Assembly (NCBI RefSeq): GCF_006345805.1
Contig: NC_043016.1
Span: 29,698,001-29,762,000, forward strand
DNA from: Octopus sinensis
Taxonomy: Eukaryota
DNA: 64,000 bases
Direction of reading: 5' to 3'
Shown here: positions 63,580-64,000 of the stretch, piece after piece
Position numbering within the stretch: the stretch's first letter is position 1
Layout of the letters: every line of letters begins with the position of its first letter
Position numbers and translations under genes: made by a program
The notes under the pieces: generated by a model
Told to the model about the DNA's origin: nothing
Seen by the model: only the letters and a program-made list of their open reading frames with translations
Databases searched by the model: none

Positions 63580-63950
63580 TCAATCCAATACTTCTTTGCC
63601 GACTATGTTCTTCATGTAAGCTCTCCCTCTTCTTTTCCCTTGTTTGTCAGTGTTGATAACTTTAAACATCAGATAATTTGCGAACCCTTGAGAATGCAAC
63701 ATGTAGCTGACCAGGCAAGAGCAGCCCCACTTTATCAAATGTCTGCCCTTGTGATTTAGTGATAGTCATTGCATATGACAGGTGAATGGGAAACTGGTTT
63801 CTTTCTAAAGTGAATGGCAAGTTTGGGTTGCTTGGTACCAACTTCATTCTGGGAATGAGAACATGTTTCCCGACCAGTGTGCTTGGTACTTATTGTGTTA
63901 ATAGAAAGAGACTTGATAAAAGTGTTTCTAGATAGCATGAGATAACGACA
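63580..63950 (-). pseudogene. Helitron RepHel relic: helicase C-terminus
   Basis: VLIPRMKLVPSNPNLPFTLERNQFPIHLSYAMTITKSQGQTFDKVG...GQLHVAFSRV...YMKNIVGKEVLD*. Confidence 0.88.
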
Positions 63951-64000
63951 TTGAATTTGGTCTATACTGCTAGCACACGTGGAAGAAGAATGTTCTTGTG

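Overview
AT-rich, microsatellite- and SINE-dense animal DNA, most likely an octopus (inferred from the SINE families). Two partial + strand genes are present. (1) Three exons of spastin (7141-9288, AAA ATPase core; equivalent to human SPAST exons 9-11). (2) Seventeen exons of a Jagged/Serrate Notch ligand (16179-39216): 13 EGF repeats, a VWC/cysteine-rich region, a TM helix and a cytoplasmic tail, about 900 codons with every splice phase consistent. Between them is a 100-N scaffold gap (11715-11814). The 3' exons of spastin and the 5' exons of Jagged are both absent, so the gap hides much more than 100 bp or is a mis-join. The rest is mobile DNA: young non-autonomous Helitrons (including a head-to-tail dimer and an inverted pair), two decayed Helitron RepHel relics, RTE and CR1/L2 LINE fragments, several tRNA-derived SINE families, MITEs and two foldback elements. 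Penelope-like remnants are also present, and one carries an intact minimal hammerhead-ribozyme core (14865-14938) on the Jagged sense strand. Almost all ORFs in the supplied track are microsatellite or SINE artefacts.
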